From contig CAVQYR010000001.1 of assembly GCA_963718235.1 (NCBI GenBank), positions 1,856,001 through 1,920,000 on the forward strand: DNA of 64,000 nucleotides. Direction: 5' to 3'. The notes under the pieces were generated by a model, which saw only the letters and a program-made list of their open reading frames with translations, was not told the origin of the DNA and made no database searches. The position numbers were made by a program, and so were the translations under genes. Below, one piece after another: positions 23,604 to 38,606 of this stretch (positions within the stretch are counted from its first letter, which is position 1; each line of letters starts with the position of its first letter). The stretch comes from an uncultured Actinomycetota bacterium (GTDB lineage: Bacteria > Actinomycetota > Actinomycetes > JAHEKZ01).

Positions 23604-24721
23604 ACGGGGTCCGGCGGCTGGGTGAGGCCGGGGTGTCGGTCTGGCTCGACGACCTCGGCCGTGACCGGCTCGACTCCGGTGGCTTGGCCCGGCTCGTCGA
23701 GCAGGGGGTCAGCGGCGTGACGACCAACCCCACGATCTTCGCCAAGGCGGTCGGCGACGGCGCGTACTACGCCAGCGACCTGGCCGACCTCGCCGCCCGG
23801 GGGGTCGACGCCGAGACCGCGGTCTTCGCGCTCGCCACCGAGGACGTACGTCGCGCCTGCGACGTCCTCTCGGGGGTCTACGCCGCGACCGACCGGGTGG
23901 ACGGGAGGGTGTCTCTGGAGGTCGACCCCAGGCTCGCTCATGACCCGGCAGCGACCATCGAGCAGGCCCGCCGGCTCTGGCACACCGTCGACCGGCCCAA
24001 CCTCATGGTCAAGGTCCCCGCGACCCTCGAGGGTCTGCCCGCGATCACCGCCTTGCTCGGCGAGGGCCTCAGCATCAACGTGACGCTCATCTTCGCTCTC
24101 GAGCGCTACGACGCTGTGCTCGACGCCTGGCTGGCCGGCCTGCAGCAGGCCCGCGACGCCGGCCGCGACCTCGCCTCGATCGGCTCGGTCGCCTCGTTCT
24201 TCGTCAGCCGGGTCGACACGATGGTCGACCCGATGCTCCAGGCCGCGGTCGACGGCGGCGACTCGGCGGCCACCCGGTCCCTCGGTACCGCCGCGCTGGC
24301 CAACGCCCGCCTCGCCTACCAACACTTCCTGGCCTTCGTCGAACGCCCAGAGTGGCGCGAGCTCGCTGCCCTGGGTGCCCAGCCGCAGCGTCCGCTGTGG
24401 GCCTCCACCAGCACCAAGAACCCCGCGTACGATCCGACGATGTACGTCACCGGTCTCGTCGGACCACACACCGTCAACACCCTCCCGGCCGCCACCCTGG
24501 ACGCCGTCCTCGAGGACCCGACGAGACCCGGCGCCGCTGCCGACACGGTGTCCACCGCCGGTGCCGCCTCCCAGCAGGTGATGGCCGAGCTGGCCGAGCA
24601 CGGGGTCGACATGAGTGCGGTCGTGACCCGGCTGGAGAGCGAGGGCGTCGCCTCCTTCGCCGCGTCGTGGGTCGAGCTGATCGCGGCCGTCGAACGCGCG
24701 CTCGTCTCGGCGCGGCCGTGA
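23600..24721 (+). CDS. tal: Transaldolase
   Basis: VWLDDL, GVTTNPTIF, VSLEVDP, LMVKVP, NVTLIF, ASFFVSR, RPLWAST. Confidence 0.95.
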   Translation: MNGVRRLGEAGVSVWLDDLGRDRLDSGGLARLVEQGVSGVTTNPTIFAKAVGDGAYYASDLADLAARGVDAETAVFALATEDVRRACDVLSGVYAATDRVDGRVSLEVDPRLAHDPAATIEQARRLWHTVDRPNLMVKVPATLEGLPAITALLGEGLSINVTLIFALERYDAVLDAWLAGLQQARDAGRDLASIGSVASFFVSRVDTMVDPMLQAAVDGGDSAATRSLGTAALANARLAYQHFLAFVERPEWRELAALGAQPQRPLWASTSTKNPAYDPTMYVTGLVGPHTVNTLPAATLDAVLEDPTRPGAAADTVSTAGAASQQVMAELAEHGVDMSAVVTRLESEGVASFAASWVELIAAVERALVSARP

Positions 24722-25485
24722 CCGTCCCCGAGGTGTTCGTCGTCCGCGACGCGCGGGTGCTCTTCGACGCGGTCGCGGCCCGGCTGGTCACCCGGGTGGT
24801 CGACCGCCAGGCAGCGTCCGGTCGGGCCAGAGTGCTGCTCGGCGGCGACCCGAACACCCTGGGCGTGCTGCAGGCCCTGGCCGCCAGCCCGGCTCGGGAC
24901 GCGATCGACGACACGGCGCTGGACCTGTGGTGGGCCAACGACGTCTGGGTGCCGCCGGACGACCCCGCCCGGGCGTCAGGGGCGGTGGAGCAGCTGCTGC
25001 GGCGCAGCCGACTCACGCAGGTGTCGCTGCACCCGATCCCGGGGCCCGGGCCGTCGCGCGACCCGGCCGAGGCGGCCGAGCAGTACGCCCAGGCCCTCAG
25101 CGCCGCCCGTGACCTCGACGACCACGGGCCGACACCCCGGTTCGACGTGCTGCTGACGGGTATCGGGCCGGGCGGTGGCGTAGCCGGGATCGCCCCGGAG
25201 CAGCCGGCGGCCCACGATTCCCGGGCGGTCACGTCGATCGGCGCAACCCCTCAGCACCCCGGTCAGGTCACCCTGACCGCCGCGGCCCTGACCTCGGTCG
25301 ACGAGGCCTGGCTGGTCGGCACCGGCCCAGCGGTGTCCTCCGCGGTGCATCTGGCACTGTCCGGCGCCGGCCCGGTCCAGGTTCCGGTCGCCGGGGTCAG
25401 GGGGCGTCAGCGCACCCTGTTGCTGCTGGACGACGACGCGGCCCGCAGGCTGCCGACGTCGATGCGCCGGCTCGCCTCGCCCTGA
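24718..25485 (+). CDS. pgl: 6-phosphogluconolactonase homologue with degenerate active site
   Basis: Scaffold matches actinobacterial Pgl (AARLVT, SPARDA, LDLWW, FDVLL, ALSGAG, RTL.LLD). The GDER, GPD.H and PKPP motifs are replaced. GTGA overlap with tal. Confidence 0.8.
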   Translation: MTVPEVFVVRDARVLFDAVAARLVTRVVDRQAASGRARVLLGGDPNTLGVLQALAASPARDAIDDTALDLWWANDVWVPPDDPARASGAVEQLLRRSRLTQVSLHPIPGPGPSRDPAEAAEQYAQALSAARDLDDHGPTPRFDVLLTGIGPGGGVAGIAPEQPAAHDSRAVTSIGATPQHPGQVTLTAAALTSVDEAWLVGTGPAVSSAVHLALSGAGPVQVPVAGVRGRQRTLLLLDDDAARRLPTSMRRLASP

Positions 25486-25521
25486 CCCGCACCCAGGGGG
25501 TCAGCGGCCGGTCAGCAGCGG

Positions 25522-25854
25522 TCAGCGGCCGCGCAGCTTGGCGAGGGCCTCGGCGAGGATCGCCTCACCGTCGGCGGCGGAGCGCCGCTCCTTCACGTAG
25601 GCCAGGTGGGTCTTGAACGGCTCGTTGCGCGGCGGGGTGGGTGGGTTCTCCTGGTCCCGGCCGGCGGGCAGGCCGCAGCGCGGACAGTCCCAGCTCTCCG
25701 GTGGCTGCGCCTCGTCGGCGAAGCTGGGCCGGGACTCGTGTCCCTGGGCGCACCAGTAAGAGATCGTGCTGCGCGGCGCCGCGTCACCGCGCTCGGCCTC
25801 GCCCATCGGTCCGGCGCCGACCCGGCTTCCACGGATCGCACTGCCACTGGCCAT
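25522..25854 (-). CDS. RbpA-family RNA polymerase-binding protein (secG-linked paralogue)
   Basis: AIRGSRVGAG, YWC..GH..WDCPRCG, KTHLAYVKERRS. Confidence 0.85.
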   Translation of the reverse strand: MASGSAIRGSRVGAGPMGEAERGDAAPRSTISYWCAQGHESRPSFADEAQPPESWDCPRCGLPAGRDQENPPTPPRNEPFKTHLAYVKERRSAADGEAILAEALAKLRGR

Positions 25855-25950
25855 GTGTTGCTCCTCGTCCTGGCGCTCTGCTTGTGCTGCCGTCAGCGGT
25901 TTGCTGGTCGGGTGGTGGGGGGTCAGGCGGTCTTCGTTAGGCGGTGTTCG

Positions 25951-26190
25951 TCAGGCGATGTTGATCAGGCCCAGGGCCACGATGGTGGCGAACCAGACGA
26001 CACAGACCCCGATCGTGATCCGGTCGAGGTTGCGCTCGGCCACGCTCGACCCGCCGTAGGACGACGTGAAGCCGCCACCGAACATGTCCGACAGGCCGCC
26101 CCCCTTGCCCTTGTGCATGAGGATGAGCGCCACCACGAGCGCGCTGGTCAGCATGAGCAGACCGGTCAGACCGATCTCGACGGCACTCAC
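25951..26190 (-). CDS. secG: Preprotein translocase subunit SecG
   Basis: LILMHKGKGGGLSDMFGG..AERNLDRIT, two TM helices. Confidence 0.95.
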   Translation of the reverse strand: MSAVEIGLTGLLMLTSALVVALILMHKGKGGGLSDMFGGGFTSSYGGSSVAERNLDRITIGVCVVWFATIVALGLINIA

Positions 26191-26269
26191 TGAGGACTCC
26201 CCTTCACCGGTCGGCCACCTGGAGCCGGGGTCACGGTCGACCCGGCCTCCGCAGAGGATACGTGGTGGC

Positions 26270-27058
26270 TCACTCGGGTGGGGCCTGGTGGTAGCGAACG
26301 ACTCGGACGAACTCCTCCGCGTCGAGGCTCGCGCCCCCGACCAGGCCGCCGTCGATGTCGGGCTTGGCCATGAGCCCGGGGGCGCTGTCGGCCTTCATCG
26401 AGCCGCCGTACAGCACCCGGACCCGGTGCCCGACGTCAGCGCCGACCTGGTCGCTGACCCATCCACGCAGGGCGGCGCAGACCTCCTGCGCGTCCTCGGG
26501 CGTGGCCACCTCGCCGGTCCCGATCGCCCACACCGGCTCGTAGGCGACGACCGTCGTGGCCACCTGCTCGGCGCTGAGGCCGGACAGGCCCGCGGCGAGC
26601 TGGGCCAGCACGTGCGGCAGGTGCCCGTCGGCCTGGCGGACCTCGAGCGGCTCCCCCACGCAGAGCACGGGCACGAGCCCGTTGCGGTGAGCGGCTACTA
26701 CCTTCGCATTGACGAGCGCGTCGTCCTCGCCGTGGTACTGGCGGCGTTCGGAGTGGCCGGCCAGCACGTACCCGCAGCCGAGCTTGGCCAGCATCGGACC
26801 GGAGACCTCACCAGTGAAGGCCCCGCTGTCGTGCACCGAGAGGTCCTGGGCGCCGTAGCCCAGGGACAGGTGGTCGCCGTCGACCATGGTCTGGACGCTG
26901 CGCAGGTCGGTGAACGGCGGCAGCACCACCACGTCGACCGCCTCGTAGTCGGCGTCGGAGAGCCGGAAGGCGAGGTCCTGGACCAGCCGGATCGCCTCCA
27001 GGTGGTTGCAGTTCATCTTCCAGTTGCCGGCCATCAACGGCTTACGCGTCTGGGTCAC
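26270..27058 (-). CDS. tpiA: Triosephosphate isomerase
   Basis: [42 protein letters not shown]. Confidence 0.96.
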   Translation of the reverse strand: MTQTRKPLMAGNWKMNCNHLEAIRLVQDLAFRLSDADYEAVDVVVLPPFTDLRSVQTMVDGDHLSLGYGAQDLSVHDSGAFTGEVSGPMLAKLGCGYVLAGHSERRQYHGEDDALVNAKVVAAHRNGLVPVLCVGEPLEVRQADGHLPHVLAQLAAGLSGLSAEQVATTVVAYEPVWAIGTGEVATPEDAQEVCAALRGWVSDQVGADVGHRVRVLYGGSMKADSAPGLMAKPDIDGGLVGGASLDAEEFVRVVRYHQAPPE

Positions 27059-28283
27059 CGGGGCTCCCTTCCCGCTGGTCTCCCAGCACCGCTGAGTCCT
27101 CCAGTGCCCGCAGGCCGGGAAGCTCCTTGCCCTCCAGGTACTCCAGGCTGGCTCCGCCCCCGGTGGAGATGTGTCCGAAGGCGTCGTCGGGGAACCCGAG
27201 GAGCCGTACCGCGGCAGCCGAGTCTCCTCCTCCGACGACGCTGAGTCCCTCGACCGCGGCGACCGCCGTGGCGACCGCCCGGGTTCCGGCGGCGAACGCC
27301 GGCATCTCGAACACGCCCATCGGTCCGTTCCAGAAGACCGTCCGCGCGTCGCCCAGGGCCTGCGCGAACCGCTCAGCCGACAGTGGACCGATGTCCAGGC
27401 CCATCCACCCGTCGGGGATCCCCGACGCGGGCACCACCTGGGTGTCGGCGTCGGCGGCGAAGCGGTCGGCGACGACGACGTCGACCGGGAGCACGATCTC
27501 GACCCCCCGGGAGGTGGCCTCGTCGAGCACCCCACGCACGGTGTCGACCTGGTCGGCCTCGAGCAGCGATGCACCCGTGCCGTAGCCCTGTGCGGCGAGG
27601 AACGTGAAGGCCATCCCGCCGCCCACGACGAGCCGATCGACCCGTTGGACGAGGTTGCTGATCACGGCGAGCTTGTCGGAGACCTTGGCGCCGCCCAGGA
27701 CGACCGCGTAGGGGCGCTGCGGGTCATGGGTCAGCCGGCGGAGCACCGCGACCTCCGCGCCGACCAACCGACCGGCAGCACTGGGCAGCAGGCCGGGGAG
27801 GTCGAAGACGCTGGCCTGCTTGCGGTGCACGACGCCGAAGCCGTCACTCACGAACACGTCACCCAGCGCCGCGTACTGCCGGGCCAGGGCCAGGCGCTCG
27901 CCGTCGTCCTTGCTGGTCTCCCGGGGGTCGAAGCGCACGTTCTCCAGCATCGCGACCTGGCCGGACCCCAGCGCGGACACGGCCGCGCGAGCGGTCGGAC
28001 CGACGGTGTCCTGGACGAACGTCACCGTCTGCCCGAGCAGCTCGCCCAGGCGCTGGGCCACCGGAGCCAGCGACAGCTCCGGTCGGACCTCGCCCTTGGG
28101 CCGCCCGAGGTGGGCCAGCACGACCACTGCGGCTCCCCCCGACAGAAGCTCTCGGATCGTGGGCGCGGCCGCCTGGATGCGTCGGTCGTCGGTGATCGTC
28201 GTGCCGTCGAGCGGGGTGTTGAGATCGGCCCGCAGCAGTACCGTGCGACCGTCTACCGCGAGGTCGTCGAGGGTGTTCACCAC
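27042..28283 (-). CDS. pgk: Phosphoglycerate kinase
   Basis: [56 protein letters not shown]. Confidence 0.96.
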   Translation of the reverse strand: MVNTLDDLAVDGRTVLLRADLNTPLDGTTITDDRRIQAAAPTIRELLSGGAAVVVLAHLGRPKGEVRPELSLAPVAQRLGELLGQTVTFVQDTVGPTARAAVSALGSGQVAMLENVRFDPRETSKDDGERLALARQYAALGDVFVSDGFGVVHRKQASVFDLPGLLPSAAGRLVGAEVAVLRRLTHDPQRPYAVVLGGAKVSDKLAVISNLVQRVDRLVVGGGMAFTFLAAQGYGTGASLLEADQVDTVRGVLDEATSRGVEIVLPVDVVVADRFAADADTQVVPASGIPDGWMGLDIGPLSAERFAQALGDARTVFWNGPMGVFEMPAFAAGTRAVATAVAAVEGLSVVGGGDSAAAVRLLGFPDDAFGHISTGGGASLEYLEGKELPGLRALEDSAVLGDQREGSPGDPDA

Positions 28284-28287
28284 CGGG

Positions 28288-29349
<1,062 letters not shown>

Positions 29350-29395
29350 TCACTCGACGGAACCCTCAGAGCCTGGGACCACCCTACCGAGCGGG

Positions 29396-30376
29396 TCAGG
29401 GCGTGAGCATGTCGGCGGTGAGGTTGGCGTCGGTGCCGGGGATCCCGAGGTCAGAGGCGCGCTTGTCGGCCATGGCGAGGAGCCGACGGATGCGGCCGGC
29501 GATGGCGTCCTTGGTCATCGGGGGGTCGGACAGCGCTCCGAGCTCTTCGAGGCTGGCCTGCTTGTGGTCGAGGCGCAGCCGGCCCGCGGTGGCCAGGTGC
29601 TCCGGGACGTCGTCGCCGAGGATCTCCAGGGCTCGCTCGACGCGCGCCCCCGCCGCGACCGCGGCCCGGGCGGAGCGCCGCAGGTTGGCGTCGTCGAAGT
29701 TGGCCAGTCGGTTGGCGGTGGCTCGGACCTCGCGACGCATGCGTCGCTCCTCCCAGGCCAGCACGCTCTCGTGGGCGCCGACCCGGGTCAGCAGGGCACC
29801 GATCGCGTCACCGTCGCGGACGACCACCCGGTCGACCCCGCGCACGTCGCGCGCCTTGGCGGGCAGCCCCATGCGGCGGGCCGAACCGACCAGGGCCAGG
29901 GCGGCCTCCGGCCCCGGGCAGGTGATCTCCAGGGCTGACGACCGGCCGGGCTCGGTCAGCGAGCCGTGCGCGATGAACGCGCCACGCCAGGCGGCCTCGG
30001 CGTCGCACAGCGCCCCGGACACGACCTGCGGCGGCAGCCCGCGCACGGGTCGCCCGCGGCCGTCGACCAGTCCGGTCTGCCGGGCGAGCTGCTCGCCCTC
30101 GCGCACCACCCGGACGACGTAGCGGTTGCCCTTGCGCAGCCCCGCCGGTGCGAGGACGGCGAGCTCGCTGGCGTGCCCGTAGACCTCGCTGATGTCCTTG
30201 CGCAGCCGACGGGCCGCGGCCCCGGTGTCGAGCTCGACCTCGACCACGATCTGTCCGGCCACCACGTGCAGCCCGCCGGCGAACCGCAAGATGGCGGAGA
30301 CCTCGGACTTGCGGCAGCACGGCTTGGTGACCGTGAGCCGCGCGAGCTCGTCCTTGACTGCAGCCGTCATCGCCAT
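29396..30376 (-). CDS. whiA: DNA-binding protein WhiA
   Basis: [55 protein letters not shown]. Confidence 0.96.
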   Translation of the reverse strand: MAMTAAVKDELARLTVTKPCCRKSEVSAILRFAGGLHVVAGQIVVEVELDTGAAARRLRKDISEVYGHASELAVLAPAGLRKGNRYVVRVVREGEQLARQTGLVDGRGRPVRGLPPQVVSGALCDAEAAWRGAFIAHGSLTEPGRSSALEITCPGPEAALALVGSARRMGLPAKARDVRGVDRVVVRDGDAIGALLTRVGAHESVLAWEERRMRREVRATANRLANFDDANLRRSARAAVAAGARVERALEILGDDVPEHLATAGRLRLDHKQASLEELGALSDPPMTKDAIAGRIRRLLAMADKRASDLGIPGTDANLTADMLTP

Positions 30377-31371
30377 ACGGGGTCCCTCCTGTCCGGCACC
30401 GCTGGGTCCTGGTACGGCCCTGGTGCGACGGTCCGGCCCGACATCACCTGTTCGTAGGCCGCGGCGAGCCGTCGGTGGTCGTGGCGAGCCGACCCGTCGT
30501 CGACCCTCAGCGGCGCCAGCACGACGTCTGCACCGTACGCCGCCGCCACGGTGCGCAGCCGGTCGGGGTCGGACACCGAGCCAGAGTCGGCGAGCACGAC
30601 GTCCAGGTGCATCCCGGGAGCGTGCCGGGCGAGGACCTCCAGGTGCGTCTCGGGACCGAAGTCGGCGGTCTCGCCCGGCTGGGGGTCCAGGTTGAGGACC
30701 ACCAGACGCCGGGCGGCCGTCTGGCTCAGCGCCTCCGCGAGATCCGGGACGAGCAGGTGCGGGATCACCGAGGTGAACCACGATCCTGGCCCGAGGACGA
30801 CCCAGTCCGCCCGGTCGACCGCGGCCAGCGCCTCGGGGCAGGCGGGTGGCTGCGGTGGCTCGAGGCGCACGTCGACCATCTGTCCACGCGTCGTGGCCAC
30901 CTCGACCTGGCCGACCACGACATCGACTCGCTGCGGGTCGGTCGGGTCGGCGCCGCGCACCCGGGCCACGATGTCGAGGGGCACCGCCGACATCGGCAGC
31001 ACCCGGCCCCGTGCGCCGACCAGGTCACCGAGCACCTGGAGACCGCGGGCGATGTCACCGCCGCACTGCTCCCACACGGCGACCAGCAGCAGGTTGCCCA
31101 CCGGATGTCCGCGCAGCTCCTGGGGCAGGTCGAAGCGGTGCTGCAGGAGCTCGCCCCAACCGGGCGCGGCGTCCAGGTCGCACAGTGCCGCCAGGGCCAT
31201 CCGAAGGTCACCCGGGGGCAGGATGCCGAGCTCGCGTCGCAGCCGCCCGCTGGAGCCACCATTGTCGGCCACGGTCACCACGGCGGTCACCGGGTCGCAG
31301 ACCAGGCGCAGGGCTCGAAGGGACGCGGCCAGGCCGTGGCCGCCCCCGAGGGCGACGACCGACCCGGTCAC
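30367..31371 (-). CDS. yvcK: UDP-GlcNAc-binding protein YvcK/CuvA (GlmR family)
   Basis: [45 protein letters not shown]; rapZ-yvcK-whiA order. Confidence 0.93.
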   Translation of the reverse strand: MTGSVVALGGGHGLAASLRALRLVCDPVTAVVTVADNGGSSGRLRRELGILPPGDLRMALAALCDLDAAPGWGELLQHRFDLPQELRGHPVGNLLLVAVWEQCGGDIARGLQVLGDLVGARGRVLPMSAVPLDIVARVRGADPTDPQRVDVVVGQVEVATTRGQMVDVRLEPPQPPACPEALAAVDRADWVVLGPGSWFTSVIPHLLVPDLAEALSQTAARRLVVLNLDPQPGETADFGPETHLEVLARHAPGMHLDVVLADSGSVSDPDRLRTVAAAYGADVVLAPLRVDDGSARHDHRRLAAAYEQVMSGRTVAPGPYQDPAVPDRRDPVWR

Positions 31372-32255
31372 TCGCGGCCCACGTCTCGGTGGACCACGGT
31401 CACGTCAGCGATCACGTCTTCGTCGTCCCTGAGGCGACGTGCGATCTCCTCGGCCATGGCGACACTGCGGTGCTTGCCGCCGGTGCACCCGACGGCCAGC
31501 AGCGCATACCGCTTGCCCTCGCGCTCATAGCCCTCGAGCACGACGCGGAGGGCCGCCTCGAAGCGCTCCACGAACGGCTCCGCCGACGCCTGGCTCAGCA
31601 CGTAGTCGGAGACGCTGGGGTCGAGCCCGGTCCGCATGCGCAGCTCCGGCACCCAGTGGGGATTGGGCAGGAATCGGCAGTCGGCGACCATGTCGGCGTC
31701 GGCCGGAAGACCGTACTTGTACCCGAAGGACATCACCGTGACCCGGTTCACCGCGGTGTCCGGGTGGGCGAACACCTGCTCGATCCGGTGACGCAGCTGG
31801 TGCACGTTGAGGTCCGACGTGTCGATCAGTACGTCAGCCGACTCGTGCAGGTTGACGAGCATCGCGCGTTCGTCGGCGATCCCGTCGACGATCCTTCGCT
31901 CACCCTGCAGCGGGTGGGGGCGCCGGGAGCTCTCGAACCGGCGGACCAGCGAGTCGTCGTCGGCCTCGAGGTAGACCAGGCGTACCGGCGTGCCCTGCGC
32001 TCGCACCACCTCGATCGCCTCGCTCAGGGCGACGAAGAAGTCACCGCCGCGGACGTCGGCCACCGCCGCCACCCGGGGCACCCGACCCTGGCTGCGCGAC
32101 GCAAGCTCCACGAGCGACGGCAGCAGCTCGGGCGGCATGTTGTCGACGACGAACCATCCGAGGTCCTCGAGGGCGTCGCCGGCAGTGGACCGACCGGCAC
32201 CGGACATCCCGGTCACCACGACGACCTCAGGCCGGGTGTCGGACTGCTCGACCAC
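31368..32255 (-). CDS. rapZ: RNase adapter RapZ (YvcJ) P-loop protein
   Basis: TGMSGAGRS, VDN.P, RRPHPL, SFGYKYG.P, RFLPNPHW, GCTGGKHRS. Confidence 0.95.
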   Translation of the reverse strand: MVEQSDTRPEVVVVTGMSGAGRSTAGDALEDLGWFVVDNMPPELLPSLVELASRSQGRVPRVAAVADVRGGDFFVALSEAIEVVRAQGTPVRLVYLEADDDSLVRRFESSRRPHPLQGERRIVDGIADERAMLVNLHESADVLIDTSDLNVHQLRHRIEQVFAHPDTAVNRVTVMSFGYKYGLPADADMVADCRFLPNPHWVPELRMRTGLDPSVSDYVLSQASAEPFVERFEAALRVVLEGYEREGKRYALLAVGCTGGKHRSVAMAEEIARRLRDDEDVIADVTVVHRDVGRE

Positions 32256-32307
32256 ACGTGCTCCGTTCGGTCGGGGTCGTCGACGAGCCTAGTGTCGGTT
32301 GCAGCGG

Positions 32308-34282
32308 TCAGTCGACGAGCTCTCCGGTGGCGGTGTTGACCGCGGGGCCGCTGACCTCCTGCCCGGCCAGGGCGTCGACCACCTGGGCGGCCACGACGGG
32401 CCCGATCCCGGGTACGGCCGCGACCTCATCGGCGGTGGCCGTCCGAAGTCGCCTCAGCGACCCGAAGTGTTTCATGAGCGCCTTGCGTCGCACCTCCCCG
32501 AGACCGGGCACGTCGTCGAGCGCGCTGGACGTCATGGTCTTCGACCGTCGCTGCCGGTGGAACCCGACGGCGAAGCGATGTGCCTCGTCGCGCAGCCGCT
32601 GCAGGAGGTAGAGGGCCTCGCTGGACCGCGGCAGGATGACCGGGCTGTCGTCACCGGGCTGCCAGACCTCCTCGAGGCGCTTGGCCAGGCCGACCACCGT
32701 CACGTCGACGACGCCGAGCTCGTCGAGGGCTCGCTGTGCGGCGTCGGCCTGCGCCGGCCCCCCGTCGACGACGACCAGCTGCGGGGGGTATGCGAAGCGC
32801 CGGGGGCGCCCGTTCTCGTCGCGAGGACCGCTGGGCTCACCGGCCTCGAACGCCCGCGCCGGGTCGACGGCGGCCCCGGCCTCCAGCTGCTGTTCGCCCA
32901 CCAGCCGACGGAACCGTCGGGTGATCACTTCGTGGATGGAGGCCACGTCGTTCTGGCCGACCACGTCGCGGATGGCGAAGCGACGGTACTCGGACTTGCG
33001 GGCCAGCCCGTCCTCGAACACGACCATGGAGGCCACGACCTCGTCGCCTGCATGGTGGGAGATGTCGTACCCCTCGATCCGTAGCGGGGCCTCCGGAAGG
33101 TCCAGGGCGGTCTGGAGCTCCTCGAGGGCCCGGGACCGGGTGGTGAGGTCGGAGGCCCTGCGGGTCTTGTGCAGGACCAGGGACTGCCGGGCGTTGGCGG
33201 CCACCGTCTCGAGCAGTGCTCGTTTGTCTCCCCGTTGTGGCACCCGAAGTCGCACCTGGCTCCCCCGGCGCTCGCTGAGCAGCTGCTCGAGGCTGGCGAC
33301 GTCGCTCGGGAGCGCGGGCACGAGGACCTCCCGAGGCACGTCGTCATGGTCGGCGTAGTACTGCAGGCAGAAGTGCTCGACGATCCCGGCGACGTCGAGG
33401 TCCTCGACCCGGTCGACGACGAAGCCCCGCTGTCCGCGCACCCGACCGCTGCGGACGGTGAAGACCTGCACCGCGGCCTCCAGAGGGTCCTCCGCCAGCG
33501 CCACGACGTCGGCGTCGGTCCCGTCCGGGAGCACCACGGCGGAGCGCTCGAGGGCCCGCTGCATGGCATGCAGGTCGTCGCGCAGCCGAGCCGCCCGCTC
33601 GTACTCCTGCTGAGCGGCGGCTTCGTGCATCTGGGTCTCGGTGCGGCGCAGAAAGGCTGCTGGGTCGCCACCGAGGAACGAGGCCAGGTCGTCGACGAGG
33701 ACCCGGTGCTGGTCGGCGGTCACCCGTCCGACGCAGGGCGCCGAGCACTTGCCGATGTATCCCAGCAGGCACGGTCGACCCATCTGGCCGGCCCGACGGA
33801 AGACCCCCTTGCTGCAGGAACGGATCGGGAAAGACCCGCAGCAGCTGGTCGAGCGTCTCGCGGATCGCCCAGGCGTGGGCGAACGGCCCGAAGTACCGCA
33901 CACCTGGCCGCTTTGCACCTCGCATGACCAGGGCCCGTGGGAACTCCTCGCCGACGGTGATCGCCAGGTAGGGGTAGGACTTGTCGTCGCGGTACTTGAC
34001 GTTGAACCGAGGGTCGAACTCCTTGATCCACTCGTACTCGACCTGCAGCGCCTCGACCTCGTTGCGCACCGTGGTCCACTGCACCGAGGCGGCCGCGTGG
34101 ACCATCGCGTGGGTCCGCGGGTGCAGTGTGGCCGGGTCGGCGAAGTAGGAGGCCAGCCGGCTGCGCAGGCTCTTCGCCTTGCCGACGTAGACGACCCGGC
34201 CCGCGGCGTCGGAGAAGCGGTACACCCCTGGGGAGTCGGGCACCTCACCGGCCGCGGGACGGTACGCGGCCGGGTCAGCCAT
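32308..34282 (-). CDS. uvrC: Excinuclease ABC subunit C (frame break near 33830)
   Basis: The GIY-YIG domain ([13 protein letters not shown]) is in ORF 33344..34282; the UVR domain, [22 protein letters not shown] and HhH are in ORF 32308..34248. The two join at LRVF|PIRSC if one T is removed. Confidence 0.92.
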
Positions 34283-34320
34283 GGCGTCCCTCCCGACCGG
34301 TGCTCAGCACGGCACGCCCA

Positions 34321-34787
34321 TCAGGCCAGGAAGACCGATCCACCACGCACGGTGACCTGTTCGCCGGGCAAGGGGGCAGTGGCTGGACCCTGCAGCACCG
34401 AGCCGTCGGCGATCGAGAACTGCGACCCATGGCAGTTGCACACGATCGCCCCGTCGACGACCTCGGCCACGGGGCACCCCTGGTGGGTGCAGACCGAGCT
34501 GAAGCCGACCACGGTTCCCGCCTCCGGCTGGGTCACGACGACGTCGGCCTCACTGATGACCACGCCGCCGCCGACCGGCACGTCGGCGACCGCCACCAAC
34601 GGCTCGGGGGACCCAGTGCTCGGGGCGGGCGTCGTGCCGGCCGACGTCGGCTGAGGGGGCGATGAGGCGTCGGCCGGGGCCTCGGCGGCGTCGCTGCAGG
34701 CGGCGAGGGCACCCACGGCCAGGCCGCCCACGCCCAGTGCGGCAGCACCTCGGAGCATGGCACGTCGGTCGATCGGGTCGGTGGTCA

Positions 34788-34788
<1 letters not shown>
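34321..34788 (-). CDS. Tat-exported Rieske [2Fe-2S] lipoprotein
   Basis: DRRAML twin-Arg motif, LAAC lipobox, CTHQGC...CNCHGS. Confidence 0.88.
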
Positions 34789-37736
<2,948 letters not shown>

Positions 37737-37787
37737 GTGGGGTCCTTCGGCGGGGTCGGTGGTCCAGGCGTTCGGCGGGTCTGTCCG

Positions 37788-37809
37788 AGCCTAACCGGCG
37801 GGACCGACA
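37788..37809 (-). promoter_or_regulatory. PafBC (RecA-NDp) promoter motif upstream of uvrA
   Basis: Minus strand reads TGTCGG-tcccgccggt-TAGGCT, matching TGTCGG-N10-TANNNT. Confidence 0.8.
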
Positions 37810-37910
37810 GCCTCGTTCCGGACCGGATACGGTCATCCATGACAGCCGAGCACCCCGACACCCACGACACCCAGGGGCCCGCCCAGGGCCCGACACCCGC
37901 AGGAGGGGTC

Positions 37911-38561
37911 ATGGCCTACACCGGAGACGTCCACGTCGGCGGACCGGCCGACGTCCACGAGCTGTCCGGACTGATCATCAGCAAGCTCGCCGTCGGACCC
38001 TACGACAACAACGTCTACCTGCTGCGCTGCCGCCGGACCGGTGACCAGGTGCTGGTCGACGCCGCCGCCGACGACGCGGCCGTCCTGGCGCTGATCGGTG
38101 ACGACGGCCTGGACGGCGTGGTGACCACCCACCGGCACGGTGACCACTGGCAGGCCCTGGCCGCCGTGGTGGCGGCCACCTCGGCTCGTACCTACGCCCA
38201 TGCCGAGGACGCCCCGGAGATCCCGGTCGAGACCGAGGTGTTCCTGGCCGACGGCGACACCCTGCTCGTGGGGGACGTTGCGCTCAACGTCATCCACCTG
38301 CCCGGGCACACCCCCGGGGGGCTCGCCCTGCTGTACGACGACCCTGACGGGTTCCCGCACCTGTTCACCGGCGACTCCCTGTTCCCCGGGGGGGTCGGGA
38401 AGACCACCGACGAGACGTTCGGACAGCTGCTCGAGGCGGTCACGACACGCCTGTTCGACCGGCTGCCGGACGAGACCTGGGTCTACCCCGGTCACGGCAA
38501 GGACACCACGCTGGGCGCCGAGCGCCCCCACCTGGCCGAGTGGCGCGACCGCGGCTGGTGA
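37911..38561 (+). CDS. MBL-fold metallo-hydrolase
   Basis: THRHGDH, PGHTPG, FTGDSLF, YPGHG; GGAGG RBS; alternative start at 37839. Confidence 0.92.
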   Translation: MAYTGDVHVGGPADVHELSGLIISKLAVGPYDNNVYLLRCRRTGDQVLVDAAADDAAVLALIGDDGLDGVVTTHRHGDHWQALAAVVAATSARTYAHAEDAPEIPVETEVFLADGDTLLVGDVALNVIHLPGHTPGGLALLYDDPDGFPHLFTGDSLFPGGVGKTTDETFGQLLEAVTTRLFDRLPDETWVYPGHGKDTTLGAERPHLAEWRDRGW

Positions 38562-38573
38562 GGCCGGCACGGC

Positions 38574-38589
38574 CAGCCCTTTCGGGCTG
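38574..38589. terminator. GC hairpin between convergent genes (possible bidirectional terminator)
   Basis: CAGCCC-tttc-GGGCTG between the MBL stop and the Ig-protein stop; no U-tract. Confidence 0.4.
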
Positions 38590-38606
38590 CCGCGCGGTTC
38601 GGTCGG

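Noticed and set aside
26270-28283. Possible Pgk-TpiA frameshift fusion as in Thermotoga (17-nt overlap, tpiA frame open upstream)
   Set aside because: There is no slippery heptamer, tpiA has its own GGGAG RBS, and open alternative frames are expected at this GC content.
37755-37775. CGAAC half-site upstream of uvrA as a LexA box
   Set aside because: The second half-site reads GGACC rather than GTTCG.
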